Shown one piece after another: positions 41,888-50,519 of a DNA stretch of 64,000 nt. Below the pieces are notes generated by a model. It did no database searches and was not told the origin of the DNA. It saw nothing but the letters and a program-made list of their open reading frames with translations. Each line of letters opens with the position of its first letter. The stretch's first letter is position 1. This DNA is from Trichormus sp. ATA11-4-KO1 (lineage in GTDB: Bacteria > Cyanobacteriota > Cyanobacteriia > Cyanobacteriales > Nostocaceae). The position numbers and the translations under genes were made by a program. The stretch lies in NCBI GenBank assembly GCA_019358915.1, contig JAHHIM010000065.1:96001-160000 (forward strand). The letters run 5' to 3'.

Positions 41888-43036
41888 ATGGATTTTAGCA
41901 AACGAGCTTTTTTGAAAACAGCAATGGATTTGTCTATCGGTGCGGTAGTGAGTCCATTGGCGACAGGTGCAGCCGAAGTTGTTGATTATACTCCTAAGAA
42001 CAGCAAGAACGTCGTCAAGAAAATAGCAATTGAAGAGGCCTTTGCAACGCCGGAATTATTTGCTGAGTGGCAAAAACTTCTCGCTACTAATGCGGAAAAT
42101 GAACCAGGATTCCGCAAATTATATGCACCGTTTCTCAGTAGCCCCGCCACTAAAAATATACGTGACCGACTTACTGACCTGGGAGCAGGCCGGATTCGCG
42201 ACATGGATCAACATGGCATTGACATGCAGATATTGTCAATTACGTCGCCGGGTATTCAGGTGTTCAGTACAAACAAAGCAGTTGATCTGGCCAGAAAAAG
42301 TAATGATCAGCTAGCTGAATTTGTACATGCTTACCCAAATCGCTATGCTGGACTTGCAGCAGTGGCAACCCAGGCACCAGATCAAGCAGCACGCGAGTTG
42401 GAAAGGGCGGTAAAAGATTTAGGGCTAAAGGGTGCAATCATTAATTCCCACACTCAGGGTGAGTATTTGGATCAACAAAAATATTGGGTACTGTTTGAGG
42501 CAGCTCAAGCCTTGGATGTCCCAATTTATCTGCACCCCAGAACACCCTCTCCAGAGATGATCAAACCCTTTCTGGCCTATGGACTAGAAGGTGCCGGTTG
42601 GGGGTTTGCAGTTGAGACCAGTTTGCACGCGATGCGCTTAATTCTCAGTGGTTTATTTGATGAATTTCCTCAACTAAAATTTATTTTGGGTCATATGGGT
42701 GAGGGTATACCGTTCTGGCTTCCCCGCATCGATAGTCGTTTTGCTAATAAAACATGGACGGAGATGGATGCTTCTGGTCGAGTAAAACAGAGGCAAAAAA
42801 CACCAAGCGAATATTTCCTAAACAACTTTGCGATCGCCACCAGTGGTGTAAACTGGCCGCCAGCGTTGATGTTTGCACTTTCAGTACTGGGCCCCGACCG
42901 TATTTTGTTTGCCATTGACTATCCTTATGAATCCACAGCCCAAGCGGTAGCAGGAATAGATAGTGCTCCCATCAGCGATATTGATAGGAAAAAGATATAC
43001 CATCTCAACGCAGAAAAGTTGTTTAAACTGAACTAG
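41888..43036 (+). CDS. amidohydrolase-family aromatic acid decarboxylase (LigW / dihydroxybenzoate decarboxylase-like)
   Basis: IAIEEA, INSHT, IYLHPR, WGFAVET, LSGLFDEFP..ILGHMGE, FAIDYPY; N-terminal SKRAFLK Tat-like extension. Confidence 0.88.
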   Translation: MDFSKRAFLKTAMDLSIGAVVSPLATGAAEVVDYTPKNSKNVVKKIAIEEAFATPELFAEWQKLLATNAENEPGFRKLYAPFLSSPATKNIRDRLTDLGAGRIRDMDQHGIDMQILSITSPGIQVFSTNKAVDLARKSNDQLAEFVHAYPNRYAGLAAVATQAPDQAARELERAVKDLGLKGAIINSHTQGEYLDQQKYWVLFEAAQALDVPIYLHPRTPSPEMIKPFLAYGLEGAGWGFAVETSLHAMRLILSGLFDEFPQLKFILGHMGEGIPFWLPRIDSRFANKTWTEMDASGRVKQRQKTPSEYFLNNFAIATSGVNWPPALMFALSVLGPDRILFAIDYPYESTAQAVAGIDSAPISDIDRKKIYHLNAEKLFKLN

Positions 43037-43080
43037 CCGTCAATTTGTGTGGAGGGTAGGGTTATTTATTCGACCACAGA

Positions 43081-43190
43081 GACACAGAGGAGCCACTGCG
43101 GTGGTGAGGCAGTCCGCAGAAGAGGGGGTTCCCCCCAGGAGGAACTGCCGAAAGGGTTCCCCGGCATAAAGCAAGTGGCGTGACACAGAG
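43081..43190. repeat. nested small dispersed repeats flanked by a GACACAGAG direct repeat
   Basis: GACACAGAG at both ends; outer GCCACTGC..GCAAGTGGC element containing an inner GGCAGT..GGGGGTTCCCCC..ACTGCC element like the one at about 23220. Confidence 0.6.
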
Positions 43191-43236
43191 TAAAGAGGCA
43201 ATTTTTACCTACTTTTCATTGAGTTCTGTGCTATCT

Positions 43237-44388
43237 ATGAAAGAACTTCAAAACATACTGGCAGCTTTTAAGCAAGCTCAACAGCAAGGTCACCTGACAG
43301 CCTTAGCTACTGTTGTGAAAACTAGCGGCTCCGTTTATCGTCGCCCTGGTGCGCGGATGCTGCTGACTGAATTTGGCGAAATGATTGGCTGCATCAGTGG
43401 TGGTTGCTTGGAAAGTCATGTGTTTGAACTTGCACAACCACTGATGTTTTATGGTGGCGACCCCGTTGTTATTGAATATGACACCACCGCCAGCAACGAT
43501 ATTATTTGGGGATTTGGTCTAGGTTGCAATGGTGCAGTTCAGGTACTCATTGAGCCGCTCTCTGATTCATTAGCCATCGGTCAGCTAGAATTTATCGCTG
43601 AATGCCTTTACGGGCAGCAGTCAGGGGTCATGGCTACGGTATTTTCTGTGCATGGAGAAATTAATGCTCAAGTGGGATCTCGATTGCTGCTCAAGCCAGA
43701 TTATCCAGTTATGAATAATATTCAAGATCAAGCTTTTGCTGATCGGGTTTTAGCAGACGCTTGGCAAGTACTCCCACAAGGATGCTCCCGAGTAAAATCT
43801 TACACTTTACCTGACGGGATTGTGGAAGTGTTTTTGGAAGTTATCCACCCCCTTGTGCCTTTAGTCATCTTCGGTGCAGGTCATGATGCCATTCCAGTTG
43901 TGAGCCTCGCTAAACACCAAGGTTGGCATGTTACAGTCGTAGATAACAGACCAGGCTACATAACATCTGAGCGTTTTCCCGATGCTGATCAAATTATTTT
44001 CAGCGACCCCCAAGAAATCCACAAGCACCATCTTCTCACATCACGCATGGTCGCTGTAATTATGACTCATCAATATAAAACTGATTTAGTATTGCTCAGA
44101 AATTTGTTACCATTAGCAGTGCGTTACATCGGGATATTAGGTCCAAAAAGCCGGACTCAGCAATTATTACAAGACCTAAAATCAGAGGGATTTATACCAA
44201 CTCCTGCACAACTAAAAAGTTTGTTTAGTCCTGTAGGTCTTGATATTGGAGCTGATTCACCAGAAGCAATTGCGCTCTCGATTGTGGCAGAAATTCAAGC
44301 AGTTTTAGAAAATCGCGCTGGTGGTTTGCTGAGGCAGCGATTCGGGTCAATTCATAGAAAGGATGTATCATGTCCGGTGTCGGTCTAA
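43237..44388 (+). CDS. XdhC/CoxI family Moco-insertion chaperone
   Basis: GSVYRRPGARML, ISGGCLE, GLGCNG, FGAGHD, YIGILGPKSR, SPVGLDIGA..PEAIALSI. Confidence 0.93.
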   Translation: MKELQNILAAFKQAQQQGHLTALATVVKTSGSVYRRPGARMLLTEFGEMIGCISGGCLESHVFELAQPLMFYGGDPVVIEYDTTASNDIIWGFGLGCNGAVQVLIEPLSDSLAIGQLEFIAECLYGQQSGVMATVFSVHGEINAQVGSRLLLKPDYPVMNNIQDQAFADRVLADAWQVLPQGCSRVKSYTLPDGIVEVFLEVIHPLVPLVIFGAGHDAIPVVSLAKHQGWHVTVVDNRPGYITSERFPDADQIIFSDPQEIHKHHLLTSRMVAVIMTHQYKTDLVLLRNLLPLAVRYIGILGPKSRTQQLLQDLKSEGFIPTPAQLKSLFSPVGLDIGADSPEAIALSIVAEIQAVLENRAGGLLRQRFGSIHRKDVSCPVSV

Positions 44389-44975
44389 TTATTCTGGCGG
44401 CTGGTGCATCCACCCGTATGGGAACACCCAAGCAACTGCTTAAATATGGTCAGCAGAGCTTAATCTATCACGTAGTTGAAGTAGCGATCGCCTCAGTTTG
44501 CCACCCAGTAATTGTTGTAATTGGGGCAGATGCTGAACGCATTAAACAAGAGATTGAACCATTACAAGTACATACTGTAGAAAATCCACTTTGGGTGGAG
44601 GGAATGAGTACTTCCATTCGTGTTGGCATGGAAACATTGAATGCAATCAACCCAGAAGCAGAAGCTGTTGTCTTGATGCTGTGTGATCAACCTTTGGTCT
44701 TTCCTCAACTTATTAATCAGTTGGTTGAGATACATCAAACTACTTTGAAGCTAATTGTTGCTTCAGAATATGCAGATATTCTAGGCGTTCCCGCTTTATT
44801 TAACCGTGTTTTATTTTCAAAACTAATTACACTCAGTGGTATGAGTGGTGCAAGACAAATAATTAAAAAGTATGCTCAGGAAGTTATTGGTATTCCCTTC
44901 CCCGCAGGTTTAATCGATTTGGATACACCAAAAGATTACGAGCAATTCCTCGGACTATCTAACTTAGGAGTTTGA
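44370..44975 (+). CDS. molybdenum cofactor cytidylyltransferase (MocA-like NTP transferase)
   Basis: IILAAGASTRMGTPKQLL, GMSTSI, LCDQP, DLDTPKDY; overlaps the xdhC stop. Confidence 0.9.
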   Translation: MSGVGLIILAAGASTRMGTPKQLLKYGQQSLIYHVVEVAIASVCHPVIVVIGADAERIKQEIEPLQVHTVENPLWVEGMSTSIRVGMETLNAINPEAEAVVLMLCDQPLVFPQLINQLVEIHQTTLKLIVASEYADILGVPALFNRVLFSKLITLSGMSGARQIIKKYAQEVIGIPFPAGLIDLDTPKDYEQFLGLSNLGV

Positions 44976-45313
44976 GACTCAAGTACAGGGCAAAATTCCT
45001 AAGAAATAATGCTGAGTGAGGAGTAAAAAGTACAAAGGAATAAAAAGTACGGAGGATTATATTTCTTTCGCTCTTCCCGCAGGTTTACCTCCGTTGGAGA
45101 CTCACATTAAAACAGAATTTAAAAGTTATTTTGTCAGAGTCAAATTGCTATTTAAGTCAGACAAAAAGCCTAAATATATGTCTTTTTAATATGTTTTCTG
45201 TCCTTGACTTACTAGAGTTTCATGAATAAAAATAGCAGTAACAGTTAAGCAAAACACAGCTTAATTGTTCACCAAATTCATCGACTAGCAACAAATGCTA
45301 GAGGAGCTAATTT

Positions 45314-45550
45314 ATGGCAAATATCACACTTTCTGAACTACACGCTGCTGGTTCTGAATTGTTTCAAGATTCTGAAAGTTTTCTTCAAGAACTCAACGAT
45401 GTAGATTCTATCTCCGGCGGTGCAGAGGCTTACTACAACCCTGTCAGTGACATTTCCACACTGACTAAGCTAGCTGAAGCCTTTGTTATTACATACAGCG
45501 TTGAGCATATCACCTACTTAGCCAAGTCATTTAGCGTTGGTGTATATTAA
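45314..45550 (+). CDS. small peptide with cyanobacterial double-glycine-type leader (putative bacteriocin/RiPP precursor)
   Basis: MANITLSELHAAGSELFQDSESFLQEL..SISGG leader, amphipathic core; GAGGAG RBS; downstream hairpin about 45586-45665. Confidence 0.7.
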   Translation: MANITLSELHAAGSELFQDSESFLQELNDVDSISGGAEAYYNPVSDISTLTKLAEAFVITYSVEHITYLAKSFSVGVY

Positions 45551-45786
45551 TGACTGCTAATAGCTGTCGGTAACTAGAAGCTAAATGGCTCTTCAGGGAA
45601 TAAAGGTAAAACTAATCTATGTGACGACATGAGGTTTTTTATTACTAATAAACCCTGAGAGCCAGCTAAATTACACAATTTAATACCATTGCCAAAATAA
45701 GAGTATGAAGACAATACCTTCGCCAAGTTTCTTATTGCTGGCTCCTACATCTAGGATGCCATCGAACTTGCTCCTCAAATAAATTT

Positions 45787-46299
45787 TCATTCAGACACAG
45801 TAGTTGCACCAACTGCCATTACTTGAGACCATTCACTGACACGGTTACTATCTAAAACAGCACGCACTCGATAACCAAGCTGAATCTTGTGCATTAACAA
45901 GATTAAATCACGGTTGAGTAATCCTTGTGATTTTTGGTTTTCATTAGATGCAACTTGTAAACGAAAGCAGCGATCGCTTTGCCGTTTCAACTTTGGAGAT
46001 TTCCCCTCCATCAACACCGTTTGTAGTTCGTATTCTTTAGCTTCAGGATACGGTTCCCAGCAAAGTTGCCAGTAAGTTGACCAGCGAATTAAGTCTGATG
46101 GTAATTCCTCGACTTCATCCGACAATGTAGAGACAAGTCCTGTGACTGGAAGTTGTATCACCTCAGGCTGATTAGTGGAGATGTTAGCAGCTAAAGAGGA
46201 ACTTCCATCAATACTTAGTATCAGTCCGAATATCAAAGTGAACAGCACAATCAATCGTAGGCATTGTAATTGCACTAGCAATAAGATTTTCAGATTCAT
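45787..46299 (-). CDS. hypothetical secreted protein (beta-sandwich/FN3-like pattern)
   Basis: N-terminal hydrophobic signal; WQLCWEP..AKEYEL and YRVRAV..SEWS resemble FN3 strands. Confidence 0.6.
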   Translation of the reverse strand: MNLKILLLVQLQCLRLIVLFTLIFGLILSIDGSSSLAANISTNQPEVIQLPVTGLVSTLSDEVEELPSDLIRWSTYWQLCWEPYPEAKEYELQTVLMEGKSPKLKRQSDRCFRLQVASNENQKSQGLLNRDLILLMHKIQLGYRVRAVLDSNRVSEWSQVMAVGATTVSE

Positions 46300-46411
46300 A
46301 ATGATGTAAAAGTCAGTTGCTTACACCTGGGATAGGTAGAATTGTTTCAGAGGTCTAGAACTGTTTGATGGTAAGGATTTTGAATCCAAAATCTAAAATC
46401 CAAAATTGGTA

Positions 46412-47710
46412 TTACCACTCCACAGGTAAAATCAGGCTGCCATTATCGGCATAGATTGTTCGAGAACGGATATGCGTTCTGGGAGCTACTGTAGAATTGA
46501 AGACTGCGCTTCTTTGCCCAACTGCTGAGTTGTTGCCGATGCTGGCGCGGAATATAACAGAATTCGGCCCTAGCCCTACGGCATCACCTATGCTAGTCTC
46601 AGGGCCATTAGCAACACCATTAACAACCTGTCTACCACCATGAATTAGAACACGTGGCCCGTAACCAACTCCATTACCAAGAGTCAAACTAGTGGTTTCT
46701 AACGCGTGAAAGACAACATCGTTTGCCATCCCAGCAATTTGGCCAACATTAAAAGGTTCTCCCTCATCAGCACGCAGCGAAATTCTACTAGCTAGTTTGT
46801 TGGTGAGTGTTGCTAAAGAATCTTGGAAAGTGATGTTGCCGATAATGCGGTTACGATAGTTTGGATCGCGAGTCGCACTTCCACCTATCTGCGGCAGACC
46901 TCCAGAGTTAAAAAAGGTGACGGGAGCATAATTAATTCCTGTTACGTTTGTCAAGTCTGCTCTAGCTAAGTCTGTATAACCTTTGGCAAATGCTTCATTG
47001 ACTTCAATGATGCCTTCCATCAATGCAACGTCGGCTTGTGTTAGGTTGACTACTTTCCCCAAAGTGCCGCTAGCAGCTTCTAGGTTAGTTGTAACGTTTT
47101 TACCAGGTAGAACAACTTTACCAGCAGGTAAGGTAACACCAGGGCCAACCCGCGCTAGAAAATTGACTACTGTGTTTCTTTCTATAGTTGCACCATCTAT
47201 TTCACAGTTGAAGGCAAGAAATGTCTCCGGAATATCATTGTTAAACTGAGTATTGGTAACTGGGTCGCTAAAAGGCCCAGTTGAGCCTTGAGTACCAATT
47301 TTGGCTGCACCTTTAACAACAGCCATGTGTGCCATAATCACACGCTCGCCAATTTGTACTCCGGTTCCCGAAGCTATGATTTTTACCTGGTCTTGAGCAT
47401 TAGAATCTGCTGCGATGCTAATAGGCGCATGAGTAGCATCTAACTCAGCAAATGGGGCAACATAGACTTTTTCGCCCAAGGTTATATTTGTGGGATTAGT
47501 GATGATTGCAGTTGGGTCAACGAAACTAGCTGACTCGGAAGGTGCAGTACTTGGGCATATAGGTAGGTTTCCCAAAGTTGGATTACACGTTACTCCAGCA
47601 GCTACTGCGGGTTTTATATATATCTGTGTACTGATGGCAAACGCTAGGATAATTGCAGTTAAGGCACTAAAATTTGTGCGAGATTTGAACATAGAAAGAA
47701 AAGTCCTCAC
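46412..47710 (-). CDS. secreted left-handed beta-helix protein, tandem gamma-carbonic-anhydrase-like domains
   Basis: signal peptide; domain 1 FVDPTA..YVAPFA..SNAQD..MAHM; domain 2 LRADEG..VFHALE..LIHGG; hexapeptide repeats. Confidence 0.8.
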   Translation of the reverse strand: MRTFLSMFKSRTNFSALTAIILAFAISTQIYIKPAVAAGVTCNPTLGNLPICPSTAPSESASFVDPTAIITNPTNITLGEKVYVAPFAELDATHAPISIAADSNAQDQVKIIASGTGVQIGERVIMAHMAVVKGAAKIGTQGSTGPFSDPVTNTQFNNDIPETFLAFNCEIDGATIERNTVVNFLARVGPGVTLPAGKVVLPGKNVTTNLEAASGTLGKVVNLTQADVALMEGIIEVNEAFAKGYTDLARADLTNVTGINYAPVTFFNSGGLPQIGGSATRDPNYRNRIIGNITFQDSLATLTNKLASRISLRADEGEPFNVGQIAGMANDVVFHALETTSLTLGNGVGYGPRVLIHGGRQVVNGVANGPETSIGDAVGLGPNSVIFRASIGNNSAVGQRSAVFNSTVAPRTHIRSRTIYADNGSLILPVEW

Positions 47711-47871
47711 AGGTTATGGAATATTTAGCTATGGGAAAATCTGTGAAATATAGTTAGGCGATGTCTGGCGACAAAACTTAGAGCGTCTACGCAGGCTGAA
47801 AAATTACTAAAAAACTACACTGCAACAGCCTCTATTGAGATTCTTTTTCTGTTGAGATATGAGACAAAGAA

Positions 47872-48099
47872 TTAACCACACCAAAACCCTGCCAAGTTGA
47901 AGAATATTTGTAAGACAAGTGATAATAAAGGACTCAAAAGCGGCACTGAAATTGTCGTTGTTGCCCCAGCAACCGCATCATTGTAGACAGTCTCCCAAGC
48001 ATCTGGCCCGCTAGTGGATTGTCCATAGACTTTTGTACTTACTGCCAGCGTGAAGCCTAGCACAGTTAAAGTAGCTAGTATTGTGCGACGTTTCAACAT
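47872..48099 (-). CDS. small hypothetical secreted/membrane peptide
   Basis: MLKRRTILATLTVLGFTLAVSTKVYGQ signal-like start; same strand as and upstream of the LbH gene. Confidence 0.5.
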   Translation of the reverse strand: MLKRRTILATLTVLGFTLAVSTKVYGQSTSGPDAWETVYNDAVAGATTTISVPLLSPLLSLVLQIFFNLAGFWCG

Positions 48100-48863
48100 T
48101 ATTCCTAGATACCTAATAGTTAGCCAAGTTAGTTTGACAGGGTAAATCGAAAATCTCAAACAAAAGTTTTAACCTTTCGCTTTACCTAACCTAATAACTT
48201 TCAAATTTCAGTCAATGAAAACTGAATTGCTACCCGCAGCAATTAACAGTTTATTATATGAGCATTTGCCACTTTAAACTAGAGACTTTTATATTAGTAA
48301 AAATTATATTTTTGATATAAATATTAGTTAATTTATTTTTGAGTACTTTATTTTTAGCCTGAACAATAGGAATATATAAACTATCTATCTAACGATAGAT
48401 GTTTTAGCTTTTACGTTCATAATTGGCTTCTAAAGGTTAATTTGAATAATATAAATTAGCTATTGATTAAGCTAAAGCTAATTTGATAACAGACTTTTTA
48501 TGCAGAAACATACAGGTGTTCAAGCATTGAGAATGGTGCGGTTAGCACAAGGACGTTCAATGAAACGCTCAAGATTGGAGTTAAGCACCAATCAAGTCAG
48601 AGGGTCAGTTGTAATGTCATCAATCCCTGTGCAGAAGAAAGTTCAGGCTCTTTTAACTATTCTCTTCTCTAAATCTTATGCGTTCAAGGTTACCATACGG
48701 GTGCTGTATTGTTCTCGGAAACTGGGCAATGATGCCTAGCTCAACAAACTTTTTCTATTTTTCCGGAATTGGTTAAACTCCAGTGGTATTACTTAATAGT
48801 ACAGCGATTTATACAGAACTTCTATAACTACACTTTCGGGGAATATATTCCCACTACATTGAG

Positions 48864-48894
48864 CAAAAACCCGGTCATAATGACCGGGTTTTTG
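48864..48894. terminator. perfect 15-bp-arm hairpin, bidirectional terminator-like
   Basis: CAAAAACCCGGTCAT-A-ATGACCGGGTTTTTG. Confidence 0.7.
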
Positions 48895-48974
48895 ACTGCG
48901 ATCGCTCTCTGTGGGAGGAAACGCTATACGCACATTTTTGAGTAGATTAGCATTAGATTATCTTAAGGACAGTT

Positions 48975-49781
48975 ATGACTTCTGAAGATTTAGTGCTAGT
49001 TGCTGGTGCTACTGGCGGAGTAGGTCAACTTGTGGTGGCAAAGTTGCTGGAAAAGGGTTTGAAAGTTCGTACCCTCACACGCAACGCAGCCAAAGCCACA
49101 GAAATGTTTAATGACAAAGTGGAAATTGCTGTCGGTGACATCCGCGATGTGACTACACTACCCGCAGCTATGCAGAATGTCACTCATATCATCTGTTGTA
49201 CTGGCACTACTGCTTTTCCCTCTGCTAGATGGGAGTTTGACCCAAAACCTAATTTGATGGAATGGGGAAAGATTTTCTTTGACCCTGCATATAGAAATGC
49301 CAAGGCAAAAAATACCCCTGCAAAAGTAGATGCTCAAGGTGTTAGCAACTTAATAGCAACAGCACCATCTCATCTGAAGCGGTTCGTTTTCGTCTCCTCT
49401 TGTGGAGTTCTGCACAAAGATGAATTTCCTTATAAAATTCTCAATGCCTTTGGTGTGCTTGATGCTAAACAGCAGGGTGAAGTAGCCATCATTGACTCGG
49501 GATTGCCCTACACTATTATTCGTCCAGGGCGTTTGATTGACGGGCCTTATACTTCATATGACCTCAATACCTTACTACAGGCAAAAACGGGGGGTAAGCT
49601 GGATGTGGTATTGGGTACGGGTGACACATTATCAGGTGATGCTAGCCGGATTGATGTAGCAGCAGCTTGTGTAGAATCGATTTTTCACCCAGCAACTCAA
49701 AAGCAAACTTTTGAGTTGGTAAATAAGGGAGTAAGACCACCTGTAATGGACTGGGAGACACTTTTTGCCCAGCTAGCATAG
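48975..49781 (+). CDS. NAD(P)H-binding atypical SDR (NmrA/TIC62-like)
   Basis: VAGATGGVG, YTIIRPGRL, SRIDVA. Confidence 0.9.
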   Translation: MTSEDLVLVAGATGGVGQLVVAKLLEKGLKVRTLTRNAAKATEMFNDKVEIAVGDIRDVTTLPAAMQNVTHIICCTGTTAFPSARWEFDPKPNLMEWGKIFFDPAYRNAKAKNTPAKVDAQGVSNLIATAPSHLKRFVFVSSCGVLHKDEFPYKILNAFGVLDAKQQGEVAIIDSGLPYTIIRPGRLIDGPYTSYDLNTLLQAKTGGKLDVVLGTGDTLSGDASRIDVAAACVESIFHPATQKQTFELVNKGVRPPVMDWETLFAQLA

Positions 49782-50099
49782 CTATGACACCTGATCCTTC
49801 AAAGGTGTACTTAAGCTATTGTCCCGCAATTTCACCCAAACAAAGCAGGGAATTGCCAGTAGCTGTGTTGTACCAGAAAAAATAACTAATGCAGTGATAG
49901 AGCGATCATACAAAATACCCATGAAAGCGCTACCTAAAAACCATGATAAACCATAGCCAGTGCTGAAAATGCCGTAAGCTGTGGCACGTTTATTTTTTGG
50001 TACCATCCCAGCGATCGCGGCTTTGAGAACTGATTCTTGCGCTCCCATGCCAACACCCCAAAATGCCATGCCTAAAAGAGCGAGATGGGTATCTCCTAG
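49782..50099 (-). pseudogene. C-terminal fragment of an MFS transporter
   Basis: LGDTHLALLGMAFWGVGMGAQES..RATAYGIF..GILYD: only the last 3 TM helices; no upstream MFS coding sequence. Confidence 0.7.
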
Positions 50100-50519
50100 A
50101 GTGGGGTGTAGTTATCAGTAGCCATCATGAACACATAAAAACTCTTTGTGTCTTGGTGTCTTAGTGGTTCAAGATTTTTTACCACCAAGGCACAAAGACA
50201 CTAAGTTTTTTTAAGTCAGTTATTCAATCAAAATTTATAGCAATTCTTTATAAATAAGCAGAATTGAAATTTTGTGCTAAAATCCTCGGATGGTTTGCAA
50301 AGTCCGCCCCATTTGGGTTAATTCCTAAATGGGGCGGTGTTTCTTGTTAGTAACCGTCGCACGGATGAAAACGGGGCTAGAGGCTGGTATTCTTACTCAG
50401 TACTTGATTGGTTTGCTGAGTATGGCCAAAGATTACAGATGGAGAAATCCGTAAATGAGGTGATTTTTACATTGGTTGTATAGTATTTTTGGTGCAAGTC
50501 TGTCTTAAGAGATCATCCG

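Noticed and set aside
48500..48739. 79-aa ORF
   Set aside because: No RBS or recognisable motif; other frames also uninformative
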